In this document: in pieces, positions 30,327 to 40,796 of the stretch
Layout: each line of letters begins with the position of its first letter
How positions within the stretch are numbered: the stretch's first letter is position 1
NCBI GenBank assembly: GCA_965214935.1
Contig: CBDCCS010000018.1
Coordinates: forward strand, 128,001 to 192,000
Source of the DNA: Candidatus Velthaea sp.
GTDB lineage: Bacteria; Vulcanimicrobiota; Vulcanimicrobiia; Vulcanimicrobiales; Vulcanimicrobiaceae
Length of the DNA: 64,000 nt
Reading direction: 5' to 3'
The notes under the pieces: generated by a model
What the model saw: only the letters and a program-made list of their open reading frames with translations
What the model was told of the DNA's origin: nothing
Database searches by the model: none
Program-made: the position numbers and the translations under genes

Positions 30327-31482
30327 TTAGGCGTTGAGCGCCGCTTCGGTGCGGGTGAGCAGACGGAAGCCGATCGCGAGCGCCGCCAGAGTTCCGACAA
30401 CGGGCAGGATACCGACGGCGTGCACGTTCTTGGTGAGAATGAGCGTTGCGACGATGGGCGCAATGATGAACGCGAGATTACTGAGCGAATCGTTGATGCC
30501 GAACAGGGCGCCCCGGATTTCGGCCGGTGCCGCTCGTGAGATGAGCGCCGTAAAGCTGGGCCGGATCAGCGAGCCGGACAGCGCCCAAAACAGGACGACG
30601 ACATACAACGTCGGCGTCGACGTAACGTAGGGCACGAATGCGTATGCGATCAGTGCGCAGCACAACCCGGCAATCGCGATACGGCCTTCGCCGAAACGTT
30701 CGACGAGCCGGCCGATTGCAAATGCTTGAACGCCGATACTGACGACCGCCGATAAGACGAAGATGAAGCTGGACTGCGAGGGCCCGTAGCCCAGCACGCG
30801 CTCGACGAACAGCGCGAAAATCGAGATCCAGGCATAAAAGGCAAATGAAAACGCGAATTGTGCGAGCAGCAACGCTCCGAGATTCGGTGCGCGTAGCGCG
30901 GTCAGAATCGTTTCGAACTTGACGGCCGAGGTGATGGGTTTGTGCGATTCAGGCAACAGGAACAGCGTTAGAAAGACCGTGGCAATTGCCAGCGCCGCAC
31001 CGAGAAAGAGCGGCACGGCGTAGCCGAAGCGCACCCAGAACGCCCGATAGCGCCGGGCCGATGAGAAAGCCGACGCCGAACGTCGCACCGACTAAACCGA
31101 AGGCGCGCGCGCGCTCCTGCGGCGTCGTCACGTCGCTGACGTACGCTTGCGTGACGCCGAGCCCGCCGCCGCCGAGACCCTCGATTGCGCGCGCGACATA
31201 AATGACCCACAACGCGCCGCCGAAGCCGAGCATGAGAAAGCCGATCGCACTGGCGATTTGTGCGGCCAGCAAAACCCCTTTGCGCCCGATCCGATCGCTC
31301 AGCCGTCCCCAGAGCGGCGCAGCGAACAACGCGAAGAACGCGACCGTCGAGTAGATGAGGCCGACGGCGACGGGCGAAGCGCCGTAATGCTCGGCATAAT
31401 ACGGCAGAATCGGAATGAGCATGGTGAAGCCCAGAACGTCGACGAGCGTAATGCCCAGGATCGGTATCAAGGCTTTGTTCAC
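30327..31482 (-). pseudogene. TetA-like (DHA1) MFS efflux transporter interrupted by one apparent +1 indel at 31034-31036 (probably assembly error)
   Basis: GRLSDRIGRK, AYVSDVT...ERARAFG...GFLIGP in one frame; continues VRFGYAVP in a second frame; GTG start overlaps upstream TAG. Confidence 0.85.
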
Positions 31483-32952
31483 TACGGCTTGTGAACCGGC
31501 CGAGCGGCGCTCTCCTGTTCGGTGGGGTGCAAGGCCGTTCCGGCTGCGCTCGTCACCGGCGTCGCCGTCCAAACACGGTACGTTGCATTGCGATAGCGGC
31601 TGGCCCAATCGGCCGAGAGTTCCAATGCTTGTTCCAGCGGCGATGCCGTCTCGACGAGCACAACGTCGACCTGGCGGCGGTGCAAGGTTGCGTCCCAGCC
31701 GGGCTTGATCTCGATGACCTGCCCGAAGTCTTGCCAAACCGACGGCGGATACGGATCGGCACGGCCGTCGAGAAACACGCGCTGCGGTCCGTCCAAGAGG
31801 AAGCTACACGAAGCGAAATCCGAGCAGAACACGTTGTGGCGGCCATCGAGCGCTTGGATCGACGCCAGCGCCGGCACTAAATCGGTCGCGCCGTCCGGTT
31901 CGGCAGCCGACCGGCCGATCAAGAGTGCACCGATGCCCACGGCGGCAAGTACGGCGAACACAGGAACGAAGCGCTTGAGGCGGCGTTCGATCGACGTTGC
32001 CGGGCGGCGTTCGGCTCGCCCGAAGAACGGAACGCCGGCAGCGAGCGAACGCGCGGCGATGGGATAACACACGATTGCGAAGATCGCGATGTTGCGTTTG
32101 GCGCCGAACATGAGCAACGTGCAGACGAGTACGAGGAAACGGTCCGTCCAGCGGCGCGGCCCGGCGACGCCGAACACAGCGAGTATCACGAGCAACGGCA
32201 GCGCACCGAAGGTAAATGATAGGTCGCTAAAGTCGGTATGCTGCCACTCGAAAATCACCGCCTTGATCGGGCTTGCCAAGAGCATCAAAGCATAGCGCGG
32301 GAGCGCCGGTCCAAGCGGATTGATACACGCGGCGGCGATCGACAACAGCGCGATGACCGCGAGCCGTTGCGTTCGCCCGGACCACCCGGTCTCGAGCGCG
32401 CTGCCGAGACTGCAAACGGCGGCCAGCGCCGGAGCGATCGCGACGCTCGCGTGGACGTTCGACCAAAGCGCCACAACGGCCAAGCTGAACACGAGCGCCG
32501 GTTTCTGCCGTTCGAGGCCGGCGAGAAAGAGACCGAGCAACGGCCAAGCCATGACCTGATCGCGAACGCCGAACGACTCGAAAAGTGCGAGACCAAAGAA
32601 CACGATCGTCACCCGCGATCGCCGTTGACGGAGTTGCGCGCTCGCTTGCGCGCCGCGCACCGATCATCAATGCGGCAACGGCCGCCACGGCGCTCAGCGT
32701 GGCAAACGCCGGCCACCATTGGCCTTGACCCAAGAAAGCACCGATCGAGAACAACCACTCCTGCGGTATCCAGGCTGAACCCGGCGCACTAAACGTCTCG
32801 TTGCCGATCGTCCGCGGCAGCGCATGCGTTCGCAAAATAGTAGCGCCGAGCCAGCGTTGCCAACCAAGATCGCCGTCGCTTTTCGGATAGAAGACGGCAA
32901 CGGCGAAGAATCGCGCCGCAAATATAGCGACGATTAGCGACGCCACTTTCAC
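31482..32952 (-). pseudogene. GT-C-like polytopic membrane protein interrupted by one apparent +1 indel at 32612-32614 (probably assembly error)
   Basis: DGDLGWQRWLG, QEWLF in the 5' frame; FGVRDQ, LWSNVHAS, INPLG, IFEWQ, VFLDGRADPY in the 3' frame. Confidence 0.75.
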
Positions 32953-33055
32953 ACCGATGCTATCGGCTGCGTTCGGACGCCGTTACGGGCAATCAGTCAA
33001 AGACTTTGCATATTGCCGATAGGAACGGTTCGTACGCGAAGCAATTGTCCGTCCA

Positions 33056-33271
33056 ATGTGGAGCTTCTTCACTCGCGTTTTCGGACAGCCGCCTCCGCAA
33101 CACTCCGCTTCGTCGCATTCCGCTGAAGTCAGCAACGTTTTAGCCGCACTCGACGACGGTGTTTCGCAGCGTTCGTTGCCCACGCTCGTCTGCCGTAAGT
33201 GCGGCCTCAAATATGAAAACACCGGGACGTATTTACGCGGGGCAAGCTGCCCGGATTGCACTCTAACGTAG
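33056..33271 (+). CDS. Small zinc-ribbon protein
   Basis: CRKC...CPDC in 71 aa, filling the gap between flanking genes. Confidence 0.65.
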   Translation: MWSFFTRVFGQPPPQHSASSHSAEVSNVLAALDDGVSQRSLPTLVCRKCGLKYENTGTYLRGASCPDCTLT

Positions 33272-33314
33272 ACCCGAATCCGGTTCCTCCGTACGGGGCG
33301 TTGCAGGCCAATCG

Positions 33315-33926
33315 TTACAACGTGCGGCGGATCTCAGCGACGCCGAAAGCGCTTAACAAGATGCCCGTTATGCCGTCGATCCAGCGCATTGCACGTCGCC
33401 CGAGCGTATGCCGGCCGATGGTTACCGTCGTCGAAATGAGAAGCCACCACGCAGTCGATCCCAGAAATACCCCCGCAACGGTTTGTGCCGTAGCGCCGGC
33501 TGCCAATCCGGTCGCGGGGGCAAGGACGGCAAAGGAAGCCGCGAACGAAACGATCGTTGGCGGGTTCGTCAGCGTCAAGATCAGCGCGCTCAGGTAATTG
33601 CTTGCCGTAGAAGTACTCGTCGAGCTGAGTTCGGTTCGTGGCGGCCGTGCTACGAATGTCTTGAGGCCGAGATACAACAGAATTAAGCCGGCTAAGAAGT
33701 GCAACGGCCGATCGTAGGCCAGCATGAAGCGCGAGACACTGCTCAATCCAAGCGCCGCAATTGATGCGTATACCCCGTCACCCGTCGCGATGCCGAGTCC
33801 GGTCGTAAATCCGAGTCGCCAGCCGTTGCCGAGCGTGCGGCGCATGCAGAGGACGCTCATCGGACCGACGGGCGCCGCAACGGCAAGACCGATACCGGCG
33901 CCCTTAAGGAGTGGAAGTACGTCCAT
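33315..33926 (-). CDS. LysE/RhtB family amino-acid exporter
   Basis: AAPVGPMSVLC, GLGIATGD, LTLTNPPTI, GVFLGSTAWW. Confidence 0.93.
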   Translation of the reverse strand: MDVLPLLKGAGIGLAVAAPVGPMSVLCMRRTLGNGWRLGFTTGLGIATGDGVYASIAALGLSSVSRFMLAYDRPLHFLAGLILLYLGLKTFVARPPRTELSSTSTSTASNYLSALILTLTNPPTIVSFAASFAVLAPATGLAAGATAQTVAGVFLGSTAWWLLISTTVTIGRHTLGRRAMRWIDGITGILLSAFGVAEIRRTL

Positions 33927-34183
33927 ACGTGCTTACTTAAGCGGAGCGCGGCGTTGAACTTTGCTGTCGCCCGGCAATCGTTCAGCTTGTCCGCGGGCTA
34001 CACAACGCCGCGCAAGCTACCCCCGCGCTCGACCCGGCCGAGCAAGACCGGCGCCTATAAATAAATGTTGGCAAAGCATTGCGCGTGCTCGCGCATTCGG
34101 ACGGCGACGGCCGATGAAGATCAGTGATGCGCGCAAGCTCGCAAGTCGTGCCGCACGACGGCAGTCAACGTCGAATTACATCG

Positions 34184-35596
34184 ATGCCGGTTCTAATCTG
34201 CTTGATGCTGACGCTGTCATACGTTGCTTCGCTAGCGCTATTTCCCGAGCGCCTGTGCGATTTTCGCGCGTTTTACTGCGCGGGTCGCAGCGTGCTTGCG
34301 GGTCGCGACCCGTATCGCGAACATCCGTTGCATGAATGCGAACGCGCTTTGCCGGCGCAAATCGCGTCGGCATTGCCGGCGCAGGTCACGATCCCCGCGC
34401 CTTATCCCGGCTATGTGCTGGCGCTTTTCGCGCTGCTGGCAGCGCTGCCGTTCAACCTCGCTGCCGCCGTGTGGACGTTCGGCTCGTGTGCGGCACTGGG
34501 TGGTTCGATCGTCCGCATTGCCGCCGTGACGAGGTTGAAGCGCCGGGCAGTCGGTATCGTCCTTGCGCTGCCGGCTGCGACGATCGCGCTACCGCTCGGC
34601 CAGCCGACGGTCTTTGTTTTGTTCGGCCTTGCAATGTGTGCAGATTCGCTCGAAGCCCGGCAACCGATGCGGGCGGCACTGGCGGCGTTGGTTGTGTTTC
34701 TCGATCCGCAAGTCGGACTTGCTGTAGCAGCGAGCCTTGCGCTCGCGGTGCCGCAAACGCGGCTCGTGCTCGGCGCCGGCATCGCAGCGCTGGCCGTATT
34801 CGATTGCATTGCGTTCGGTCCGGCGCGCGAATACGAGTATCTGTTTGCGGTGTTGCCGGCGCATGCGCTCGTCAACGTTCCGGAATTTTCGCAGTTTAGC
34901 GTTTCAAATCTGCTGTTCAGCGCCGGTATCGCGCCGCAAACGGCAGTGACGGCCGGTAACATTTGGTATGCACTTGCGCTCGTTACCGGAACCATCGTCG
35001 GTCTACGGCTGCGCCGACGGCTCGGCGCAGCCGCGGTCGTTTTCGTGCCGGTCGCCTTTGCGGTGTTCGGTGGCGTACACACGCATCTCCAACAGCTCGA
35101 CTTGGCGCTACCGGCGTTTCTGCTCGTGCTCGCGACGCGCACCGTTCCGTTGCAACGCCCGGTCATCATCTTAACGTTTATCGCCGCCGTGCCGTGGCTT
35201 ATCTGCGCCGCGTTGCCGCCCACGTATGTGGCGGTTGCAATCTTGGGCGCCGTATTGGCCCGGCTCATGGATTGTCGTCGGCTGAGCGTCCCGCTCGGGC
35301 TGTCGTGTTTGCTTATCCTCGGCGGGATCGCCGTTGCCGTTATCGGCTCGCCCGGCTCGCATAGCGCCGTTGTATCGCTGCGCGCAGTACCCGCCGGCGA
35401 TGCAAATCCGCTCGCGCAAGTCGCTTGGGGCAAGTACGTTCGCGCGACGAGTACACCGGAGCAACTCTGGTACGTTCTGGCCAAAGTGCCGACGCTGCTC
35501 GCCTTCTGTGCCGGATTGCTGCTCATGTGCAGGGTCGCTTTTCGTCCGGTCGGATCGGCCGGGCTGCAGCGTCTCGCGACGGCCGACGCGCGATGA
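34184..35596 (+). CDS. GT87-like GT-C glycosyltransferase (paralog 1); start uncertain
   Basis: DFRAFYCAGR...DPY, PAPYPGY, LGQP, GGVHTH; many TMs. Confidence 0.8.
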   Translation: MPVLICLMLTLSYVASLALFPERLCDFRAFYCAGRSVLAGRDPYREHPLHECERALPAQIASALPAQVTIPAPYPGYVLALFALLAALPFNLAAAVWTFGSCAALGGSIVRIAAVTRLKRRAVGIVLALPAATIALPLGQPTVFVLFGLAMCADSLEARQPMRAALAALVVFLDPQVGLAVAASLALAVPQTRLVLGAGIAALAVFDCIAFGPAREYEYLFAVLPAHALVNVPEFSQFSVSNLLFSAGIAPQTAVTAGNIWYALALVTGTIVGLRLRRRLGAAAVVFVPVAFAVFGGVHTHLQQLDLALPAFLLVLATRTVPLQRPVIILTFIAAVPWLICAALPPTYVAVAILGAVLARLMDCRRLSVPLGLSCLLILGGIAVAVIGSPGSHSAVVSLRAVPAGDANPLAQVAWGKYVRATSTPEQLWYVLAKVPTLLAFCAGLLLMCRVAFRPVGSAGLQRLATADAR

Positions 35597-36993
35597 ACGG
35601 ACGGCGAGCGAACGCGTTGGCTGTCGGCATCGTCGCACTAACGTTCGCCGGCTATTTACCCTTTGCGCCGGTGCGGCTCTACGATCTGCGCGCATTCTAT
35701 TGTGCGGGCCGCGCCGTCGCAGTGCATGCCGATCCGTATCGCGAGCATCCGCTGCATGAATGCGAACGAACGACGAGCGCTCCGGGCATGCCGGTCGAAG
35801 CGGACGTCGTTACGGTTCCGGCGCCGTTGCCCGGCTACGTGCTTGCGTTGTTTGCCCTGCTGGCCGTCCTGCCGTTTCCGGTCTGCGCGTTGCTTTGGAT
35901 CGTGGCATCGTTGGCCGCGGTGGCGGCCACGATCTTGCTGCTGATCCGGCTAATCGATCTGCCGCCGGCATCGATCGCCATTGCCGTTGCCGTGCCCGAA
36001 CTTCTCGTCGCGTTGCCGCTCGGACAGTCGGCACCGTTCGTTGGTTTCGGCATCGCGGTCTGTGCCTCGGCGCTGCGATTCAAACGGCCGAACGCGGCGG
36101 TTGCCGGTGCATTGCTCACGGCGGCCTTTCCGGCAATTGCGTTGCCGCTATGTACGGCGCTTTTCATCGCGATGCCGCGCGCTCGCATCGGGTTAATCGG
36201 CGGCTGCATGGCACTTTGCGCGGTCTCCCTTGCCGTGCTCGGGCTCGACACGAATACGGAATACGTCCGGGCCGTACTGCATGCGCACGCACTTGGCAAC
36301 GTCGCCGAACGATCGCAATTCAGCACGGCGCATTTCGCCTGGATCGCCGGTTTTTCACCACGCTCGGCACTTGCGTTCGGAAACATCTGGTATGTGGTTT
36401 CGGCTACGTTCGGCGTCGGTATCGCGCTGCGGTTGCGCGCCGCGTTCGGCGCTGCAATCATCGCGCTTATTCCGCCGGCTTTTGCCGTATTCGGCGGCTT
36501 CTACGTCCATTTCGATCAGCTGGTGCTGGCGATTCCGGCGTACCTTGCACTCGCCGCGCAGCTTCCGCGGCAGCGAATCGCAATGCTGAGCGCGATCTTT
36601 ATTCTTGCGGTTCCGTGGCTGGCGATCGTCGCGTATCCACCGTTTGCCGTCGCACTCGTCGTCCTTGCGATCTTGTACCTGCGGCCTGAGGGCCGGTCCA
36701 CGGCGGGCGCGCTTTTAGGCGGTGCGAGCGCCGTTCTACTCCTCGGTCTATTTACGATCGCCCTCATGCACGTCCACGCTCCCACGGCGAACTTCCGTTT
36801 CGACGCGCCTTTTAATCCGCTCGCAGAGCGCTCGTGGACAGCCTATGTTGCTTGGCGGGATCCGCATCCGAGCTATGTTTTCTTGCTGCTGCAAGTGCCC
36901 ACCGTGGGCGCTTTCGTCGGTTGTCTGGCCGTACTTGCGCGCACGGCGTTTCGTGCACGGTTGCCGGCCGCCGAGCTAAGGCCGAACCGCTGA
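35593..36993 (+). CDS. GT87-like GT-C glycosyltransferase (paralog 2)
   Basis: ATGA overlap with paralog 1; DLRAFYCAGR...DPYREHPLHECER, PAPLPGY, LGQS, GGFYVH. Confidence 0.82.
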   Translation: MNGRRANALAVGIVALTFAGYLPFAPVRLYDLRAFYCAGRAVAVHADPYREHPLHECERTTSAPGMPVEADVVTVPAPLPGYVLALFALLAVLPFPVCALLWIVASLAAVAATILLLIRLIDLPPASIAIAVAVPELLVALPLGQSAPFVGFGIAVCASALRFKRPNAAVAGALLTAAFPAIALPLCTALFIAMPRARIGLIGGCMALCAVSLAVLGLDTNTEYVRAVLHAHALGNVAERSQFSTAHFAWIAGFSPRSALAFGNIWYVVSATFGVGIALRLRAAFGAAIIALIPPAFAVFGGFYVHFDQLVLAIPAYLALAAQLPRQRIAMLSAIFILAVPWLAIVAYPPFAVALVVLAILYLRPEGRSTAGALLGGASAVLLLGLFTIALMHVHAPTANFRFDAPFNPLAERSWTAYVAWRDPHPSYVFLLLQVPTVGAFVGCLAVLARTAFRARLPAAELRPNR

Positions 36994-37011
36994 AGCGCCG
37001 ATGGTTCCGAT

Positions 37012-38280
37012 GTGATGGCTCTGCGGCTACCGCGAATTCCCGCGGTGGTAATCGAACGTAAACGCGTCGATGCCTGGCTTGCGTCTCATGCGGGCGAGGC
37101 GGTACGTTTGCTCGTCGCACCGGCCGGTTCGGGTAAGACCACGTGCGCGGTTCTCTATGCACGCGCCCGTCCCGGCCGGACCGCTTTTGTTTCGTTGACG
37201 CCGGAGACCGATCGACGGCAGCTCTTCGCTCGGCTGGCGCGAGCACTGGGCGTGGCGGCGATCGGCTCGTACGATTGTTTGGTCGATCTCTTGAGTGCGT
37301 CGGCGCCGCTCGAACTCATCGTCGACAATGTCGACGACGCCGACCGCGATGCGCGTGAGGTGTTGGCGCAACTCTATCTCGATGTCCCCGCCGCCGTCCG
37401 GTTCGTCTTCATCATGCGTCGGGACGAGACGCTGCCGTTGCGTGCCGCGCGCGCGCAAGGTTTCGCGCATCGCTGCGATCCCGCTGTGTTGGCGTTTGCT
37501 GCCGACGAAAGCTTAGGCTGCGCCGCGGCCTTCGGGCTCGCGCTCGCGCCGGCAAGTGCAGCGGAGCTCAATGATGCAGCCGATGGTTGGCCGATCGCCG
37601 TTGCCGGCGCCTGCCGAACCGCTGCGCTCAAGCATGCTTCCGTCTTCGTCGGCTTGGCGGATTGGCGCAGCGATAACGCGCTGCTGCAAGCGCCCTCGGG
37701 TGCGGCATTCATCGAACTATTCGGGCGTTTCGATATGCTCGTAGCGGGCCGGCCGGTCCGTTGGATTCGCCGTCGGGACCGGCAGATCGTCCAGTATCTC
37801 GCCATGCAGCCGCAAGGCGCAGCGACTCGGCATCAGATCGTTACCACGTTCTGGCCCAACGCCGACCCTCAACTCGCGGCGCAGAGTTTGCGTACGGCGT
37901 GCTCGACCATCCGCCGTGCGATCGGCGCCTGCGTCGGACCCGCGAACGTCGGTTCGTATTTTCGCGGCGAGCGCGTCGTATCGCTCGACCTGACCAATGC
38001 GATCGTGTCGGCGCACGAGTACACGTATGCCTGCGAACTTGCGGCCGATGCTTACGAGCGCGAAAACTTCGTCTCGGCGCTCGGACACTATCGACGCGCC
38101 GAGCGCATGTACCGTTCGCCGTTTCTGGCCGGCGAACCGCCCGCAACCTGGGCGTTTCCGTTCGAGCGCCGTTTCGCGGCGATGCATGCAATCGTCACGC
38201 TGCGCCTGATCGAACTCGGCGGCAAGAGCGGTGAACTTGCTGCGACTACGCGTCGCTCGGCGGTCGCCGCTATCGCCTAA
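37012..38280 (+). CDS. MalT-like P-loop plus SARP/BTAD-type transcriptional regulator
   Basis: IERKRV, APAGSGKTT, DGWPIAV; C-terminal IELFGRFD, FWPNAD...SLRTACSTIRR, YRSPFL. Confidence 0.8.
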   Translation: MMALRLPRIPAVVIERKRVDAWLASHAGEAVRLLVAPAGSGKTTCAVLYARARPGRTAFVSLTPETDRRQLFARLARALGVAAIGSYDCLVDLLSASAPLELIVDNVDDADRDAREVLAQLYLDVPAAVRFVFIMRRDETLPLRAARAQGFAHRCDPAVLAFAADESLGCAAAFGLALAPASAAELNDAADGWPIAVAGACRTAALKHASVFVGLADWRSDNALLQAPSGAAFIELFGRFDMLVAGRPVRWIRRRDRQIVQYLAMQPQGAATRHQIVTTFWPNADPQLAAQSLRTACSTIRRAIGACVGPANVGSYFRGERVVSLDLTNAIVSAHEYTYACELAADAYERENFVSALGHYRRAERMYRSPFLAGEPPATWAFPFERRFAAMHAIVTLRLIELGGKSGELAATTRRSAVAAIA

Positions 38281-38299
38281 GGCGCCGTCAGGCGTTCGA

Positions 38300-39373
38300 T
38301 TAAACCGGTTCGCGCAGGCGCAAGCCGGGTGTACGTGCGCGAATTACTTTGCGCGCCGGTACTTCGATCCAGTGATGAATCGCGAGTGCCACGCCTAACG
38401 CCGTCGCCAACGCACCGCAGCCGGTCAATCGGTCCATGACGATGTGGTGCACCATGTACAATGCGAAGCTGGCCTCGCCGAGTGCAACGAGCGGCCGCGC
38501 GCGCAAAAGTTGCGAGAGCGCGCCGCGTTGCACGGCGAAGATAAAAATAAGTCCCATCCATGCCGGCACTAAACATGAAGCGAAACCATACGCCGGCGGC
38601 AACGACGGCGAGATGGCAATACCGAAAATAACCGTTGCAATCGATGCACATTCGAGAATGGTAGCGCGGGCGGCCGATAGGCGAACGTCGGCTTGGGCAA
38701 ACGCAAGCGCAAGAATCATGCCGCAAATGAAGTCGGCTAAACGCGGCAGCGGAAAAACGTAAACGAGCCACTGCATCGCCGGTTGCGCCGCATCGACCGA
38801 CAGATCGAAGCAGCACGCGAGCAGCCAGATGGCGGCCGCAATGCAGCCATAGTGCACGATCGACAGGCGGGCTCGAATCAAGCGCTGGAGCGCGAACGGA
38901 AAAACGGCATAGAAGAATGCCTCATCGGACAGCGTCCAGGCCGGACCGTTGAAAGCAAACGGGACGTTGTCCACCGGAATCCAGCTCTGCAGAAGCGTAA
39001 GCTGCGCGCCCAGGGCGATGCCGTAGAACGGCGGCCGGATCGCCACGAGCCCGAGCAGGCAGACCGCGAGCAGCGTCAGGACGTGCAGCGGATAGACGCG
39101 CGCAAATCGCGCGAGCCAAAATGCGCGCACGGCCGCGAGCGCGTTGCCCGACGTAAAGCCGGTTCGGTAGACGTGGGTGAGAATAAAGCCCGAAAGGACG
39201 AAGAAAAATTCGACTCCGGCCGCACCGAACATCGACGGGACGTGCCCGCGGCTGACGTCCCAGTGCGCGCAAACAACGAGCAACGCCGCTGCGAAACGCA
39301 GCGACGTTAAAGGCGGTAAGCTCGGAGCGCGCTCGCGCCGTTCGGGATCGGTCAGCCTCCGGTGTGCAAGCAT
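38300..39373 (-). CDS. Acyltransferase-3 (OafA/PglI-like) membrane O-acyltransferase; start approximate, overlapping the upstream peptidase gene
   Basis: LTSLRFAAALLVVCAH, GVEFFFVLSGFIL, RFARVYP, WTLSDEAFFY, LGEASFALYMVH, IEVP. Confidence 0.92.
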   Translation of the reverse strand: MLAHRRLTDPERRERAPSLPPLTSLRFAAALLVVCAHWDVSRGHVPSMFGAAGVEFFFVLSGFILTHVYRTGFTSGNALAAVRAFWLARFARVYPLHVLTLLAVCLLGLVAIRPPFYGIALGAQLTLLQSWIPVDNVPFAFNGPAWTLSDEAFFYAVFPFALQRLIRARLSIVHYGCIAAAIWLLACCFDLSVDAAQPAMQWLVYVFPLPRLADFICGMILALAFAQADVRLSAARATILECASIATVIFGIAISPSLPPAYGFASCLVPAWMGLIFIFAVQRGALSQLLRARPLVALGEASFALYMVHHIVMDRLTGCGALATALGVALAIHHWIEVPARKVIRARTPGLRLREPV

Positions 39374-39957
39374 AGCGGCACGATGATCGCCGAAGCAAGA
39401 TACGGTCCGAAGGCGACCGGCTGCTTTTCGGCGCGCCGCACTTTTGCAATCGCGATTGCGACCACCGAGGCCAGCGCGAACGCGAGCATCGCATCTTGAA
39501 TGCCGAGCAACGCTCCGCCCAGCGCCGCAAGCTTCACATCGCCCCAGCCCATGCCGATACCCTTGGTCCGCCAAGCCATGAACGCGAACGGCGCCGCCGG
39601 GACCGCGGCGACGACGATAATGTACCAGCGTCCGGCCAACAAGCCGCCGACGATGAGCGCTCCGAGCGGCAGCAATGTCAAGGCGTCGGGCACGATGCCG
39701 CGCGTAACATCCGTATACCAAATGGCGGCCATGAGCGCGCAACACGCGGCGACGATTGCGAGCGCTTCTGGCCGCAAGCCGCGGTAGGCGCAGATCGCAC
39801 CGATCAGCGCGCCCGCAACGATCAGCACGTTCACCGGCGGCTCGCTCGCGGGCGGACCATCGGCAAGGCGCTCGCCGGTGAAGTACGTGCGTGCGATGAG
39901 TATTCCGGCGAAGGCGAAGATCGCAAACGCGATCGCGCTGATGATAATACCGCTCAT
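39352..39957 (-). CDS. Prepilin peptidase family A24 (second copy, PilD C-terminal-like, no Zn/methyltransferase domain)
   Basis: YTD...IVPD first Asp, GMGWGDVKL, VAFGPYL. Confidence 0.88.
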   Translation of the reverse strand: MSGIIISAIAFAIFAFAGILIARTYFTGERLADGPPASEPPVNVLIVAGALIGAICAYRGLRPEALAIVAACCALMAAIWYTDVTRGIVPDALTLLPLGALIVGGLLAGRWYIIVVAAVPAAPFAFMAWRTKGIGMGWGDVKLAALGGALLGIQDAMLAFALASVVAIAIAKVRRAEKQPVAFGPYLASAIIVPLCLHTGG

Positions 39958-40796
39958 TTCAACATGTTTGCGACGACGGGCGTAAAGATCATCACGAAGA
40001 GCGCGGGGAGCATGAAGAACGCCATCGGCAAAATCATTAATACCGGCAACTTCGCGGCGATTTCTTCGGCTCGCGAGAGCCGCCTCGCGCGCGCTTCTTG
40101 CGCCAATTCGTCGAGCACGTCGCCGATGTTTCCGCCGAGCCGTTCGGTCTGTACGATCGCGGTAACCATCGATGACAAATCTTGCTGTTTTGCGCGCTGA
40201 CCCATGGCATTGAACGCGTCGGCGCGGCTGCGGCCTAAGCGCACGTCGGAGAGCACGATGGCGATTTCTTCGGCCAGCGGGCCGTCGAAGGAACTCGTGG
40301 CGCTGGCCAAAGCGGAGTTGAGCGCCGTACCCGCTTCGACCGTCGTCGATACCATGTCGAGCAGGTCGGGGATACGCCGGCCGATCGCTTCTTTACGCTT
40401 CTTGATCGCGCCGTCGATGACGAACGATGGTGCGATCATGCCCACGCCGCCGAGGATGATCGCTGCCAGAAATAAGAAGTGCGCTTGATTGAGAATGAGC
40501 GTTGCGAAAAATGCGATGCCGATGCCGGCGCCCGCCGCGACGAAACGCGACATGACGAAGCGTTTGACCGACGTCTTGTACCAGCCGGCTTCGGCCAGCT
40601 TTGCGCCGACCGCGGTCTTGTCGACGCCCGAAAGAATCTTGGAAACGACTTTTGATTGTCCCGCGTTGGCTCGCTCGCGCTGCGTCCAATCGAGTTCGGC
40701 GACCCGCCGTGAGGCGTCGCTGCGAAAGCCCAGTAACGCAACGGTGACCGCGAAGAGCGTAGCCGCGCAGAGCGCGGCGATACCGGCGGCAAGCAT
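39954..40796 (-). CDS. tadC: Tad pilus platform protein TadC
   Basis: IPDLLDM...VEAG, LAEE, GRSRADA, QTERLG, AEEIAAKLPVLM. Confidence 0.93.
   Translation of the reverse strand: MLAAGIAALCAATLFAVTVALLGFRSDASRRVAELDWTQRERANAGQSKVVSKILSGVDKTAVGAKLAEAGWYKTSVKRFVMSRFVAAGAGIGIAFFATLILNQAHFLFLAAIILGGVGMIAPSFVIDGAIKKRKEAIGRRIPDLLDMVSTTVEAGTALNSALASATSSFDGPLAEEIAIVLSDVRLGRSRADAFNAMGQRAKQQDLSSMVTAIVQTERLGGNIGDVLDELAQEARARRLSRAEEIAAKLPVLMILPMAFFMLPALFVMIFTPVVANMLK

Noticed and set aside
39374..39745. N-terminal extension of the acyltransferase ORF, suggesting a fusion
   Set aside because: Alternate frame over the A24 peptidase; family motifs start only after ~39330
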